64,000 nt of DNA, taken from assembly GCA_964195155.1 (NCBI GenBank), contig CAXMOP010000115.1, positions 4,986-68,985 on the forward strand, written 5' to 3'. Below the pieces are notes generated by a model. That model searched no databases and was not told where the DNA came from. It saw only the letters and a program-made list of their open reading frames with translations. A program made the position numbers and the translations under genes. This DNA comes from an uncultured Kiloniellales bacterium. GTDB taxonomy: Bacteria; Actinomycetota; Acidimicrobiia; Spongiisociales; UBA5794. Shown one piece after another: positions 47,336 to 57,000 of this stretch (within the stretch, counting starts at the first letter, position 1; the number at the start of each line of letters is the position of its first letter).

Positions 47336-48268
47336 ATGGAACTTGGATTGATGGTCGAACCGCAGGTCGGCGGCTCATATCAGCGATTGCTTGAACTGGC
47401 CCGTTGGTCCGAGGAACAGGGACTCGACGCCTTCGCCCGCTCGGATCACTACCTCAACGGCGAGGAGTCGGCGCCGGCAACGGATTCGTTGACCTCCTTT
47501 GGCGGGCTGGCGAGGGAGACCGAGCGGATCCAGCTGGTCAGCCTGGTGTCGCCGCTCACCTTCCGTCACCCGGCGGTGCTTGCCAAGACCGCAGCCACGC
47601 TCGATGAGATGTCCGGCGGCCGGTTCGCCCTCGGCATCGGCACCGGCTGGATGGAGTCCGAGCACGAGGCATTCGGCATCGAGCTGTTCACCCTCCGGGA
47701 AGGCTTCTCGAGACTCTTCGAGACGCTCAGCTATGTCCGTTCCGCCTTCTCCGGAACCGAGGGGTTCAGCGGCCGCCACTACCACCTCGCTGCCGGATTC
47801 GAAGTGCTCCCCCGCCCCGCAGACGTGCCGATCGTGGTCGGCGGGTCCGGGATGAAGAAGACACCGACCATGGCGGGCCGCTTCGCCAACGAGTACAACA
47901 TGTTCGTCAGCAACACCGACACGATCGAACAGCGGCTCGAGGTCATGCGTGCCGCCGCCGAGGCCGCCGGCCGCAAGCCGCAGGACATCCGGATCAGCGT
48001 GTCGTCGCCCGCAATGATCGCAGACACCGAGGACGGCTACCGGGCGTTGCTCGAGAAGCGCGGCGCCAAGCGCGACATGACTGCAGACGAATACGAGGCC
48101 TTCCTGGCCGAAAAGAACATTCCTCGCGGGACCCTGGATACGGTCGCCGACGCCGTCGATGTATTGGCCGGTGTTGGAGTTTCCCGCTTTTATCTGCAGG
48201 AAATCACCGCCCTCGACAAGATCGACACCGGCCGAATCGGATCGATCTTTAATGCACTACGCGGATAG
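47336..48268 (+). CDS. LLM-class (luciferase-like) flavin/F420-dependent oxidoreductase
   Basis: ATG at 47336. 310 aa with a TIM-barrel LLM signature. Confidence 0.75.
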   Translation: MELGLMVEPQVGGSYQRLLELARWSEEQGLDAFARSDHYLNGEESAPATDSLTSFGGLARETERIQLVSLVSPLTFRHPAVLAKTAATLDEMSGGRFALGIGTGWMESEHEAFGIELFTLREGFSRLFETLSYVRSAFSGTEGFSGRHYHLAAGFEVLPRPADVPIVVGGSGMKKTPTMAGRFANEYNMFVSNTDTIEQRLEVMRAAAEAAGRKPQDIRISVSSPAMIADTEDGYRALLEKRGAKRDMTADEYEAFLAEKNIPRGTLDTVADAVDVLAGVGVSRFYLQEITALDKIDTGRIGSIFNALRG

Positions 48269-48314
48269 GGGAAAACCTGCCGGGTACGGCCTGCGAAGGC
48301 TCTAACCTCGGCGT

Positions 48315-49067
48315 GTGACCGACCTGCTCGTCGTCGACGACCTCCATGCCGCCGCCGAAGGCACCGAGATCCTCAAGGGCATCAACCTCACCGTCGCCCC
48401 CGGGGAGACCCACGCCATCATGGGGCCGAACGGGTCGGGAAAGTCGACGCTGGCCAATGTGCTGCTCGGCCACCCCGGCTACCTGGTCACCAAGGGCACG
48501 GTCACCTACAAAGGCGTGGACATCACCCGCATGACCCCGGAAAAGCGGGGCAAGGCCGGCATGTTCCTCGGCTTTCAATACCCACAAGAGATCCCCGGGG
48601 TCTCGGTGGTGAACTTCCTGCGCACGGCACTGTCCAACCGCACCGGTACCGACCTCACCGTGCTCGAGCTGCGCCTCAAGGTCATGGATGCTCTGCAGGA
48701 CCTCGACATGGATCCGAGCTTTGCCGATCGCTATCTGAACGAAGGTTTCTCCGGCGGTGAGCGCAAACGCAACGAGATTCTCCAAATGGCGGTACTCGAG
48801 CCCGACCTCGCCATCCTCGACGAGACCGACTCCGGTCTCGACATCGACGCGCTGAAGATCGTCGCCGAGGGAATCGAGCGACTGCGAAACGACGAGCGCG
48901 GCATTGTCGTAATCACGCATTACCAGCGCATGCTCGACTACATCACCCCCGACGTCGTCCATGTCATACTCGACGGCCGTATCGTCGAGGCGGGCGGACC
49001 CGACCTTGCGGACGCCATCGAAGACACCGGCTACGAGCGGTATCGCACCGAGGCGGCTGCGGGGTGA
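48315..49067 (+). CDS. sufC: Fe-S cluster assembly ATPase SufC
   Basis: The Walker A motif GPNGSGKST, the ABC signature and a full-length SufC match are present. GTG start. Confidence 0.9.
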   Translation: MTDLLVVDDLHAAAEGTEILKGINLTVAPGETHAIMGPNGSGKSTLANVLLGHPGYLVTKGTVTYKGVDITRMTPEKRGKAGMFLGFQYPQEIPGVSVVNFLRTALSNRTGTDLTVLELRLKVMDALQDLDMDPSFADRYLNEGFSGGERKRNEILQMAVLEPDLAILDETDSGLDIDALKIVAEGIERLRNDERGIVVITHYQRMLDYITPDVVHVILDGRIVEAGGPDLADAIEDTGYERYRTEAAAG

Positions 49068-50296
49068 ACGACCTCGCTCACCTCCGCGAAGACTTCCCGA
49101 TCCTCGGCCGCGAGGTGAACGGCCATCCGCTGGTCTACCTGGACTCGGCTGCCACGACCCAGAAGCCGGTACAAGTGATCGACGCCGTCGACCACTTCTA
49201 CCGGACATCGAACGCCAACGTCCACCGTGGCGCCTACGCCCTCTCCGAGGAAGCCACGCAGGCCTACGAGGGAGCACGGGCCAAGGTGGCGTCCTTCATC
49301 AACGCCGGCTCCAAGAACGAGGTCGTATTCACCAGGGGGACCACCTCCGGCCTCAACCAAATTGCCTACGGCTACGGCCTCAACGTGCTCAAACCCGGAG
49401 ACAAGGTGCTGCTGACGATCATGGAGCACCATTCGAACATCGTGCCCTGGCAGCTCGTTGCCAAACACACCGGGATCGAACTGGTGTACCTGACGCTGAA
49501 CGACGATTTCGAGGTCGACCTCGATGGTCTCGAGGAAGTGCTCGACGACCGGGTGAAGATCATCACCGTCTCCGGGATGTCGAACGTCACCGGAGCGCTC
49601 GGCCCCGTCCGAGAGCTGGCCGATGCAGCCAAGAGCGTCGGGGCCCTGGTCGTGGTCGATGGTGCCCAGCTCGTGCCGCACCACCCCACCGACGTTGCCG
49701 AGCTCGGCGCCGACTTCCTGGTGTTTTCCGGGCACAAGATGCTCGGCCCCACCGGCATCGGGGCAATGTGGGGCAGGCCGGAGCGCCTGGAGGAGCTCGA
49801 GCCCACCGAGGGCGGCGGTGAGATGATCTCCGACGTCCAGCTCTACGAGTCGCGTTGGGCACCGGTGCCGCACAAGTTCGAGGCGGGAACACCACCCATC
49901 GCCCAGGCAGTCGGGCTCGGCGCCGCTGTCGAGTATCTCGAAAAGGTAGGGATGCCGGCGATCCGCGATCACGAGATCGAGATCACCCGCTACGCGCTCG
50001 ACCGCCTCGCCGAGGTTCCCGATCTGACCGTCTATGGCCCTTCGGACACAACCAAACGCGGCGGTGCCGTCAGCTTCGAGCTCGCCGACATCCACGCCCA
50101 CGACGTCGCAACCATCCTCGACCAGTACGGCGTGGCGGTCCGTGCCGGGCATCATTGCGCAAAGCCGCTCATGCGCCACCTCGACGTGGCCGCCACCGCC
50201 CGTGCCTCGTTCTATCTCTACAACAACAACGACGACGTCGACCGACTCATCGAGGCGCTCTATGAAGCCCGCAAAGTCTTCGGCCTCGACGACTGA
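49064..50296 (+). CDS. sufS: Cysteine desulfurase SufS
   Basis: A GTGA overlap with sufC. The PLP lysine lies in SGHKMLGPTG, and the active-site Cys in RAGHHCA. Confidence 0.9.
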   Translation: MNDLAHLREDFPILGREVNGHPLVYLDSAATTQKPVQVIDAVDHFYRTSNANVHRGAYALSEEATQAYEGARAKVASFINAGSKNEVVFTRGTTSGLNQIAYGYGLNVLKPGDKVLLTIMEHHSNIVPWQLVAKHTGIELVYLTLNDDFEVDLDGLEEVLDDRVKIITVSGMSNVTGALGPVRELADAAKSVGALVVVDGAQLVPHHPTDVAELGADFLVFSGHKMLGPTGIGAMWGRPERLEELEPTEGGGEMISDVQLYESRWAPVPHKFEAGTPPIAQAVGLGAAVEYLEKVGMPAIRDHEIEITRYALDRLAEVPDLTVYGPSDTTKRGGAVSFELADIHAHDVATILDQYGVAVRAGHHCAKPLMRHLDVAATARASFYLYNNNDDVDRLIEALYEARKVFGLDD

Positions 50297-50326
50297 CCAA
50301 ACCGGGCGGGGCGGTATCGTTTTGCC

Positions 50327-50782
50327 ATGAGCAATCTCGAAGAGCTGTACCGCCAGGTCATTCTCGACCACTACCGCAACCCACGGCGCCGGGGAAAGCT
50401 GACCGGGCCGCACGTCCATGCCGAGGGGCTCAATCCGTCGTGCGGCGACGAGTTCTTCCTCGATCTGCTCATCGAAGACGGCGTGATCACCGATATGGCG
50501 ATCGATGGCCAGGGGTGCTCCATCTCGCAGGCTTCGGGTTCGATGATGACCGACGCCATTGTCGGCAAGAGCGTCGAGGACGTCCGGATCGTGTCCGGCC
50601 AGTTCAAGCTGATGATGGGGATCGACGAGGGTGACGACCCGCTCGACCATGAGCGCCCCGGAGCCGTGCTCGGCGATCTCGAGGCATTGCAGGGGGTCCG
50701 AAAGTTTCCGGTGCGCATCAAGTGTGCGGATCTGCCCTGGACGACGCTGGCCGACGCCCTTGATCATGCAGAGGATGAGTAG
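50327..50782 (+). CDS. sufU: SufU/IscU-like zinc-dependent sulfurtransferase scaffold
   Basis: The NPSCGDE, GQGCSIS and C-terminal CADLPW cysteines are present. Confidence 0.85.
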   Translation: MSNLEELYRQVILDHYRNPRRRGKLTGPHVHAEGLNPSCGDEFFLDLLIEDGVITDMAIDGQGCSISQASGSMMTDAIVGKSVEDVRIVSGQFKLMMGIDEGDDPLDHERPGAVLGDLEALQGVRKFPVRIKCADLPWTTLADALDHAEDE

Positions 50783-50791
50783 CCTGAAACC

Positions 50792-51373
50792 GTGGAGTAC
50801 TCACCAACCACCGCTCTCATCGTGGTGGATGTGCAGAACGACTTCGCCGACCCGGAGGGATCGCTGTACGTAACGGGTGGTGAAGAAACGCTCCCATTCA
50901 TCAATGCCAACATCGGGGCAGCCCGCGATGCTGGCTCGGTCATCGTCCGCACCCAGGATTGGCACCCCGAGCACACCCCACACTTCGCCGAAGATGGCGG
51001 TATCTGGCCCCACCATTGTGTCGCTGGAACCTGGGGGGCTGAATTCCATCCAGAGCTCGCGGGCGAAGGACCGGTTGTTCAGAAAGGCACGAGCGGCGAA
51101 GACGGCTACTCCGGTTTCACCGTCCGCGATCCCGAGACCGGCGAGGAGAGCCCGACCGGGCTCGAGCAACTCCTTCGTGACCGGGACGTGACCAGGGTCG
51201 CCGTACTCGGCCTCGCCACCGATTACTGCGTATTGGACACCGCGGTCGACTCCGCAAGGCTCGGCTTCGAGACCACGCTGCTGGCCGACGGCACCAAGCC
51301 GGTCAACGTCGAGCCCGGCGACGGAGCCAGAGCCATTGCCGAGATGGTGGCCTGCGGCGTGAACGTCGAGTAG
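50792..51373 (+). CDS. pncA: Isochorismatase-family nicotinamidase/pyrazinamidase
   Basis: The VVDVQNDF catalytic Asp, the Lys, and LATDYCV with the nucleophile Cys are present. GTG start at 50792. Confidence 0.7.
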   Translation: MEYSPTTALIVVDVQNDFADPEGSLYVTGGEETLPFINANIGAARDAGSVIVRTQDWHPEHTPHFAEDGGIWPHHCVAGTWGAEFHPELAGEGPVVQKGTSGEDGYSGFTVRDPETGEESPTGLEQLLRDRDVTRVAVLGLATDYCVLDTAVDSARLGFETTLLADGTKPVNVEPGDGARAIAEMVACGVNVE

Positions 51374-51376
51374 CGG

Positions 51377-52042
51377 TTACCCGGTCTCCCAATCGCCGGC
51401 GCCGAGCGGCGGCTCGTCCGTTGCTCTGATGAGGACGGAACCTTCGGCATCGACGAAGTCGCCGTCGACCCAGATCCCGGCCCCGACCGCGACGCCGGAA
51501 CGGGCATGGCCGCTGCTCCCCCACTCGACGTAGCTGACGATCGAGCTCGTGCTGCCGAAGTTGGAGTCGCGGTACAGGCCAATTTCCCCGCCGGACGCGC
51601 TGAGCGATCCAAAGCGGCCGCCGGCGTCGATCACGGGACCGTCAACGTCGAGGCCGACCACGGTGGTAGTGGTCACGTACACGGTCTCGCCGGGCGCCAG
51701 CTCCTGGGAGGGCATCCCGAAGTATGAGGGGCGCTGGCAGAGCTGCCACCGCTCGAGGTTGCCGGTTTCGCTGCCAATGTTGGTGATCGCGACGTAGCCC
51801 TGGTCGCCGAACACGACCTCGGTCACGGCGAAGACGGCGCCCTCGCCGGCGGCAGCAGTTGTCGTGGTTTCCGCCGTAGCGGTCGTCGTGGTTTCGTCGG
51901 CGGCTGTGGTCGTCGTCTCCTCTGCCGCAGTCGTGGTCGTCGCCGCGGCGGCGGCAGCGGCCGTGGTCGTGGTGTCATCGCCGCTAGCTCCGCATGCTGC
52001 GGCAACAAGAGCAAGGACGATGAGCAACATCAGCTTCTTCAT
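51377..52042 (-). CDS. Lipoprotein with a Thr/Ala-rich low-complexity linker and a C-terminal lamin-tail-like (LTD) domain
   Basis: ATG at 52042 follows AGGAG. The lipobox is LVAAAC. The linker reads (TTTTAA...)n, and the LTD-like segment is VAITNIGSETGNLERWQL. Confidence 0.6.
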   Translation of the reverse strand: MKKLMLLIVLALVAAACGASGDDTTTTAAAAAAATTTTAAEETTTTAADETTTTATAETTTTAAAGEGAVFAVTEVVFGDQGYVAITNIGSETGNLERWQLCQRPSYFGMPSQELAPGETVYVTTTTVVGLDVDGPVIDAGGRFGSLSASGGEIGLYRDSNFGSTSSIVSYVEWGSSGHARSGVAVGAGIWVDGDFVDAEGSVLIRATDEPPLGAGDWETG

Positions 52043-52137
52043 CGGGGAACACTCCTGGGATCGGGTAGCCGATTGTATTTCACCCGAGAGCTGTCGCTGA
52101 CGGCACGGCACCGCTTAATGAAGCTTTAATCAAGCGC

Positions 52138-52167
52138 GGACTCGCGACTCGCGACTCGCGACTCAGT
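52138..52167. repeat. (GACTCGC)x4 heptamer array in a divergent promoter region
   Basis: Directly visible. Confidence 0.9.
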
Positions 52168-52178
52168 ACGCTCGCAAC

Positions 52179-52874
52179 ATGCGCGGCATCGTGTTCGATT
52201 TGTTCCACACACTGGTTGACCCCGAGGATTTTCGGCCGCGGGAGTCGTGGCGACTGCGTCACGTTGCCGAGACCATCGATGCCAACGGACGGGACCTGGT
52301 CATGTTCTGGAAGGACACCTACTTCGAGCGAACCACCAGCCCGGTGTCCGGTACCGCGCTGGTCCTGCGCTACGCCGCCGACAACGGGATCGACCTCTCC
52401 GAGTCACAGGTCGCTGACATCACCGACCACCTCGGCGACTACCAGGACATCGCTCTCGACCGGCCTCGCCCCGATGTGCTCGAGGCAGTGGCATCGATGG
52501 CCGGCGCTCATGAGCTTGCGCTGCTATCCAACTGCTACCTCGAAGAGGTTGCGGCCTGGCCGCGATCACCACTGGCGCCACACTTTGTCGGCGCCGCGTT
52601 CTCCTATGCGATTGGGTTCAGGAAGCCCGACCACAGCGCATACCTGGCGGCCACTAGATTGCTGGGCGTGGAGCCCGGGGAATGTGCCTTCGTCGGTAAC
52701 GGCGGCAGCAACGAGCTCAGCGGCGCAAAAAGCGCCGGATTCGGGCTCGTCGTCCACCAGAACCAGTTCAACCAAAGCGACGGTCTCGTCACGGCGGAAG
52801 AACAACAACGCCGGGCGGCAGAAGCCGACGCACAGATCACGGCCCTTGGGGAGCTCGAACCACTACTCGGCTGA
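52179..52874 (+). CDS. HAD-superfamily hydrolase
   Basis: Motif I FDLFHTLVD is present, as are motif IV region GNGGSNE and downstream conserved HAD positions. Confidence 0.7.
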   Translation: MRGIVFDLFHTLVDPEDFRPRESWRLRHVAETIDANGRDLVMFWKDTYFERTTSPVSGTALVLRYAADNGIDLSESQVADITDHLGDYQDIALDRPRPDVLEAVASMAGAHELALLSNCYLEEVAAWPRSPLAPHFVGAAFSYAIGFRKPDHSAYLAATRLLGVEPGECAFVGNGGSNELSGAKSAGFGLVVHQNQFNQSDGLVTAEEQQRRAAEADAQITALGELEPLLG

Positions 52875-54419
52875 GAGCGATCCCGCCCGCGCCTCCACCA
52901 CCAGTTCGCGCTGCAGGTCCTTGACCGTCGAGGTCAGCGACACGTGGTACACGTGGGGGTTCACCAGCCGCTTCACCCCGGGATCGAGCCGGTCCAGATC
53001 GGCCATTCGCCACGCCCGCATCGCATCGAGGGACGGGGAGCCGTCGAGTCGTACACCCTTGTCGTAGACCGGGACCAGCAGCTCCTCGACCGAGGCGACG
53101 TCCTCGAGCCGGCGCACGATGCCCTCCCGGTGCGGGTGGTACAGGTCGATCTCGCCGATTCTCGACAGGTCCTCGTCCCCGGCCGACACCACATCGGCGC
53201 TCGCCATCCCCCGCGAGTCGTACACCCGCCACACCCGCTTCTCTCCGGGAATCGGCATCTTCTCCGGGGTGTCGGAGATCTTGATCGCCGGGGTCCACAT
53301 TCCATCCTCGTCGATGGCGACCAGCTTGAAGACGCCCCCGAGGGCGGAGTACCCGTGTGAGGTGATCAGCCGGGTCCCGACCCCGTAGACCAGCCTGGCA
53401 AGCACCGAGTCGGCATCGACGCCGTAGCGGGGGGACTCTTCGGCAATCTGCGCTCGGATCTGCCACATCGCAAGCTCGTCGAGCTCGGAGGACAAGACAA
53501 TGCCGGCCTCGGGGAAGCCCGCTTCGTCGAGCATCGCCGCTGCCCGTACTGCGAGGTGGGCGAGGTCGCCGGAGTCGAGACGGATCCCCATCGGCTCGTG
53601 CCCGGCCGCTCGCAGCTCGTGAAAGACCGTGATCGCATTGGGGATGCCGCTGCGAAGCGTGTCGATCGTGTCGACGAGCAGGACGGTCTCATCCGGATAC
53701 ACCTCGGCATAGGCCCGGAAGGCCCCCAACTCGCCTTCGCCGAGCGCCATGAACAGTTGCACGAGCGAGTGGGCATGGGTTCCCGCGGGCTGCGTTTCGA
53801 GGTAGTGCGCCATGCCGACGTTGCTCGTCGTGTCGGCACCCCCGATCAGCGCGGCGCGGCCGCCGGCGTTGGCGCCGATGTCCGGTCCGCGCCTGAGACC
53901 AAATTCCAGCACGGGGCTTCCCTGTGCCGATTCGGTGACGCGGGAGGCCTTGGTCGCCACCAGGGTCTGATAGTTGAGGTGGTTGAGCAGGGAGGTTTCC
54001 AGGATCTGCGCAACTCCGAGGGGGCCGTCGACGACGGCGATGGGGGCGTGGGCGTGCACGACGCGACCTTCGGGGACGGCTCGGATCGACACCGACGTGA
54101 AGTCCGCGGTCTCCTTCAGCCAGGCCAGGAAGCCCTCGTCGAACCTGGGCTTGCCGGTGATGTCCACCTGGCCGCGAAGCAGTGCCAGATCCTCGTCACT
54201 GATCCGCGTCCTCTCAATCCGGTCGAGGAGCCATCCGAGGCCGGCGGTCACCGCATAGCCGGCCTGATGGCGTCCGTAGTCCGGGTAGCTGCGGAAGAAA
54301 TAGTCGAACAGCGCCCGCCGCTCGTGCAGGCCTTGCTTCCAGTACACCTGGGCCATCGTCAGCTGGTACTGGTCGGTGAACAAGAACCCCTCGGTCAGGT
54401 CGCGGCGATCCGAAGCCAT
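52863..54419 (-). CDS. pncB: Nicotinate phosphoribosyltransferase
   Basis: 518 aa with the full NAPRTase family pattern (FTDQYQLTM N-terminus, phosphohistidine region). Confidence 0.85.
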   Translation of the reverse strand: MASDRRDLTEGFLFTDQYQLTMAQVYWKQGLHERRALFDYFFRSYPDYGRHQAGYAVTAGLGWLLDRIERTRISDEDLALLRGQVDITGKPRFDEGFLAWLKETADFTSVSIRAVPEGRVVHAHAPIAVVDGPLGVAQILETSLLNHLNYQTLVATKASRVTESAQGSPVLEFGLRRGPDIGANAGGRAALIGGADTTSNVGMAHYLETQPAGTHAHSLVQLFMALGEGELGAFRAYAEVYPDETVLLVDTIDTLRSGIPNAITVFHELRAAGHEPMGIRLDSGDLAHLAVRAAAMLDEAGFPEAGIVLSSELDELAMWQIRAQIAEESPRYGVDADSVLARLVYGVGTRLITSHGYSALGGVFKLVAIDEDGMWTPAIKISDTPEKMPIPGEKRVWRVYDSRGMASADVVSAGDEDLSRIGEIDLYHPHREGIVRRLEDVASVEELLVPVYDKGVRLDGSPSLDAMRAWRMADLDRLDPGVKRLVNPHVYHVSLTSTVKDLQRELVVEARAGSLSAE

Positions 54420-54428
54420 TGGTTCACG

Positions 54429-55817
54429 TTACCCGGGCGTCCCACCCTCCGTCATCGGGCGCACGTCGAGGGCGGCATCGAGTTCGCTCTCGGGAAGGAC
54501 TTCGAGCTCGAGGGCAACTTCCCGTACGCCACGTCCCTCGTTGAAAGCTTTCTTGACGACCTCGGCCGCCTTGTCGTACCCGATGTGGGGGACGAGCGCG
54601 GTCCCGACGATGGCGTTCTGATCGAGGAGCCATGCCGCTCGATCCTCGTTGGCCGTGATCTCGCCAATGCACTTTTCGTTCAGGACGCCGGCGCCCGCCG
54701 CCAACAGCTCGATGGATTCCAGAAGCGCATGGGCCATGACCGGCATCATCACGTTCAGCTCGAAATTGCCGTTGGCGCCACCCCAGGTGATCGTCGTGTC
54801 GTTCCCGATCACCCGGGTGGCCACCATCATCACCGCTTCGGGGATCACCGGGTTCACCTTGCCGGGCATGATCGAGGAACCCGGTTGCAGAGCCGGCAGC
54901 GTGATCTCCCCGATGGCATTCCTGGGCCCGGATGCGAGCCAGCGCAGATCGTTCGAGATCTTGAACAATGACGTCGCCACCGTCTTCATCGCGCCGGACG
55001 CATTGACGTAGGCGTCCTTGGACGCCTGGGCCTCGAAATGGTTGTCCGCCTCGCGAAAGGTGTACCCGGATTGGCGATTGATGATGTCGATCGCTCCGGC
55101 AGCGAAGCCGGCGGATGCGTTGATGCCCGTGCCCACCGCGGTACCGCCAAGAGCAAGATCGAACAGCTCGGTCTCGACCCGCTCGACTCGCTCGATACCC
55201 TTGGCCACCTGAGCGGCATACCCGGAGAATTCCTGCCCGAGCCGGATCGGAGTTGCGTCCTGGAGATGGGTACGCCCCGACTTGAGCACGTCGTCGAATT
55301 CGACGGCCTTGGCGTCGAGGCCGCTGTGCAGCTCACCGAGGGCGGGGAGCAACGCTTCCTCGATGGCCGCAACGGCTGCCACATGCATCGCGGTAGGGAT
55401 GACGTCGTTCGACGACTGGCTTGCGTTCACCTCATCGTTTGGGTGCACCAGCTTCGAGCCGCGGTCGCCGCCGAGGATCTCCGACGCCCGGTTGGCCAGG
55501 ACCTCGTTGGCGTTCATGTTCGTCGAGGTGCCCGATCCGGTCTGGAAGACATCGACCACGAACTGATCGTCGAACTTGCCGGCCATCATCTCTCCGGCTG
55601 CGGTCACGATGGCGTCTGCCTTGTCAGCTTCGATGACGCCGAGGGAGCGGTTCATCTCCGCTGCTGCGCTCTTGATCAAGCCAAGCGCCCAGATGAGGCG
55701 ACGGCCGAAACGCAGGTCCGAGATCGGGAAGTTCTCGACGGCCCGCTGGGTGCTAGCGCCGTAGTAGGCGTCGTCCGGGACCGCGATCTCGCCCATGGAA
55801 TCACGTTCGATCCGCAT
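54429..55817 (-). CDS. fumC: Class II fumarate hydratase (fumarase/aspartase family)
   Basis: ATG at 55817, 8 nt after GGGGAG. GSSIMPGKVNP signature and QTGSGTSTNMN are present. An aspartase assignment cannot be fully excluded. Confidence 0.75.
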   Translation of the reverse strand: MRIERDSMGEIAVPDDAYYGASTQRAVENFPISDLRFGRRLIWALGLIKSAAAEMNRSLGVIEADKADAIVTAAGEMMAGKFDDQFVVDVFQTGSGTSTNMNANEVLANRASEILGGDRGSKLVHPNDEVNASQSSNDVIPTAMHVAAVAAIEEALLPALGELHSGLDAKAVEFDDVLKSGRTHLQDATPIRLGQEFSGYAAQVAKGIERVERVETELFDLALGGTAVGTGINASAGFAAGAIDIINRQSGYTFREADNHFEAQASKDAYVNASGAMKTVATSLFKISNDLRWLASGPRNAIGEITLPALQPGSSIMPGKVNPVIPEAVMMVATRVIGNDTTITWGGANGNFELNVMMPVMAHALLESIELLAAGAGVLNEKCIGEITANEDRAAWLLDQNAIVGTALVPHIGYDKAAEVVKKAFNEGRGVREVALELEVLPESELDAALDVRPMTEGGTPG

Positions 55818-55855
55818 CGCTCCCCAGGATACAGGCACGACCGGCCTCGTCGGCG

Positions 55856-56632
55856 TCAGCCGAGGGCAGCGTTGACGGCCTGCGGGAACACCTCGCCAAC
55901 GTCACCCTCGATCCGCAGCGTGACCTGTGCCAACCCATCATGTTCGGTCTCGCCGCGGTTCACGATCGCATAGGGGGCACCGCCGGCGGCGCCGGCGAGG
56001 GGGATGTCTGCCGCCGGCGTCACCGACAGCGTCGACCCGAGCGAAACAACCAGGTCGGACCGCGGTGCGGCGTCGAACGCCTTCGCCACTTCGGCTTCCC
56101 TGAGCTGCTGGCCGAAGGAGATCGTCGCCGACTTCAGGATCCCGCCACAATGGCACACGGGCGGCACCCCGGTTTCGGTGAACGACTCCCGGTGAGACAC
56201 CGGGTCGGTGCGCTCGCCGCAGGCCTGGCACTCGGTCTCCCGCGCGGTGCCGTGGATCTCGACGAGATGGTCCGGGTCGGTGCCGGCATCCCGATGCAAC
56301 CCGTCAACGTTCTGGGTGACGACGAGCTCGACCTTGCCGGCCCGCTCCAGGTCGACCACCGCGCGGTGAACCGCGTTTGGCTTCGCCGCATCGAGGATCT
56401 CTGCGCCTGCGACCGAGCGCTCCCAGTACTCGACCCTGGCGTCCGGGTCGGCCATGAATCTCTGATAGAAGATGGGCGCGCTGCTCTTCCACACGCCATG
56501 CGGTCCCCGGAAGTCCGGGATGCCGCTCGCAGTGGAGATCCCGGCGCCGGTAAACACCAGCGCACGGGTGGAGGCTCGGATGAGCGCCGCCAGCGGCTCG
56601 ACTCCTGCCACTGCGTCGACACGGTTGGCCAT
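55856..56632 (-). CDS. cobB: Sir2-family NAD-dependent protein deacylase
   Basis: GAGISTASGIPDFRG, a zinc ribbon (CQACG...CHCGG) and the catalytic His in QNVDGLH are present. Confidence 0.85.
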   Translation of the reverse strand: MANRVDAVAGVEPLAALIRASTRALVFTGAGISTASGIPDFRGPHGVWKSSAPIFYQRFMADPDARVEYWERSVAGAEILDAAKPNAVHRAVVDLERAGKVELVVTQNVDGLHRDAGTDPDHLVEIHGTARETECQACGERTDPVSHRESFTETGVPPVCHCGGILKSATISFGQQLREAEVAKAFDAAPRSDLVVSLGSTLSVTPAADIPLAGAAGGAPYAIVNRGETEHDGLAQVTLRIEGDVGEVFPQAVNAALG

Positions 56633-56659
56633 GGCCTGATTATGGACGCTGTGTCGGGC

Positions 56660-56740
56660 CGGGAGACCAGATTCAGTCGTTCAACCGGGTCGCGTCGTGC
56701 AACGAGTCCAGCCGGTCAACGAGTTCAGTCGTTCAACGAC
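56660..56740. promoter_or_regulatory. Four direct repeats of a GTCGTNCAACGAG-like motif, spaced 18-23 nt apart, 40-110 nt upstream of cobB
   Basis: The units are ttcagtcgttcaacc, cgtcgtgcaacgag, ccggtcaacgag and ttcagtcgttcaacgac. Confidence 0.5.
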
Positions 56741-57000
56741 CCGCTGTCGTCCAGATACTCATCGAGGTTGGCGGCGCTGCAGGCAGGGAATCCGAAGACA
56801 TATCCATGACGATGGTGAACACCACGATGGCTCCGTCGCGGTGGGGAGAGGCGGCGAGCGGCGGCGTGGGAAGTTGAGAGCGGACGTCGTCTGGCGTTGC
56901 GATCGATCATCGTCCAGTCACCCCGAAATAGGCTGTGCTCTCTGGGGTATCGGAAGAATGACGCCGGTCTTGAATGAGTGTTCTCGACCGTGTTCACGAA

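Noticed and set aside
51840-51990. DNA tandem repeat inside the lipoprotein gene as a mobile or VNTR element
   Set aside because: It encodes a Thr/Ala low-complexity linker. It is flagged only as a possible length-variable region, not as an independent element.
56725-56997. 90-aa ORF in the cobB/sufC gap
   Set aside because: It has low-complexity Arg/Pro-rich composition, no Shine-Dalgarno sequence, and overlaps the repeat array.
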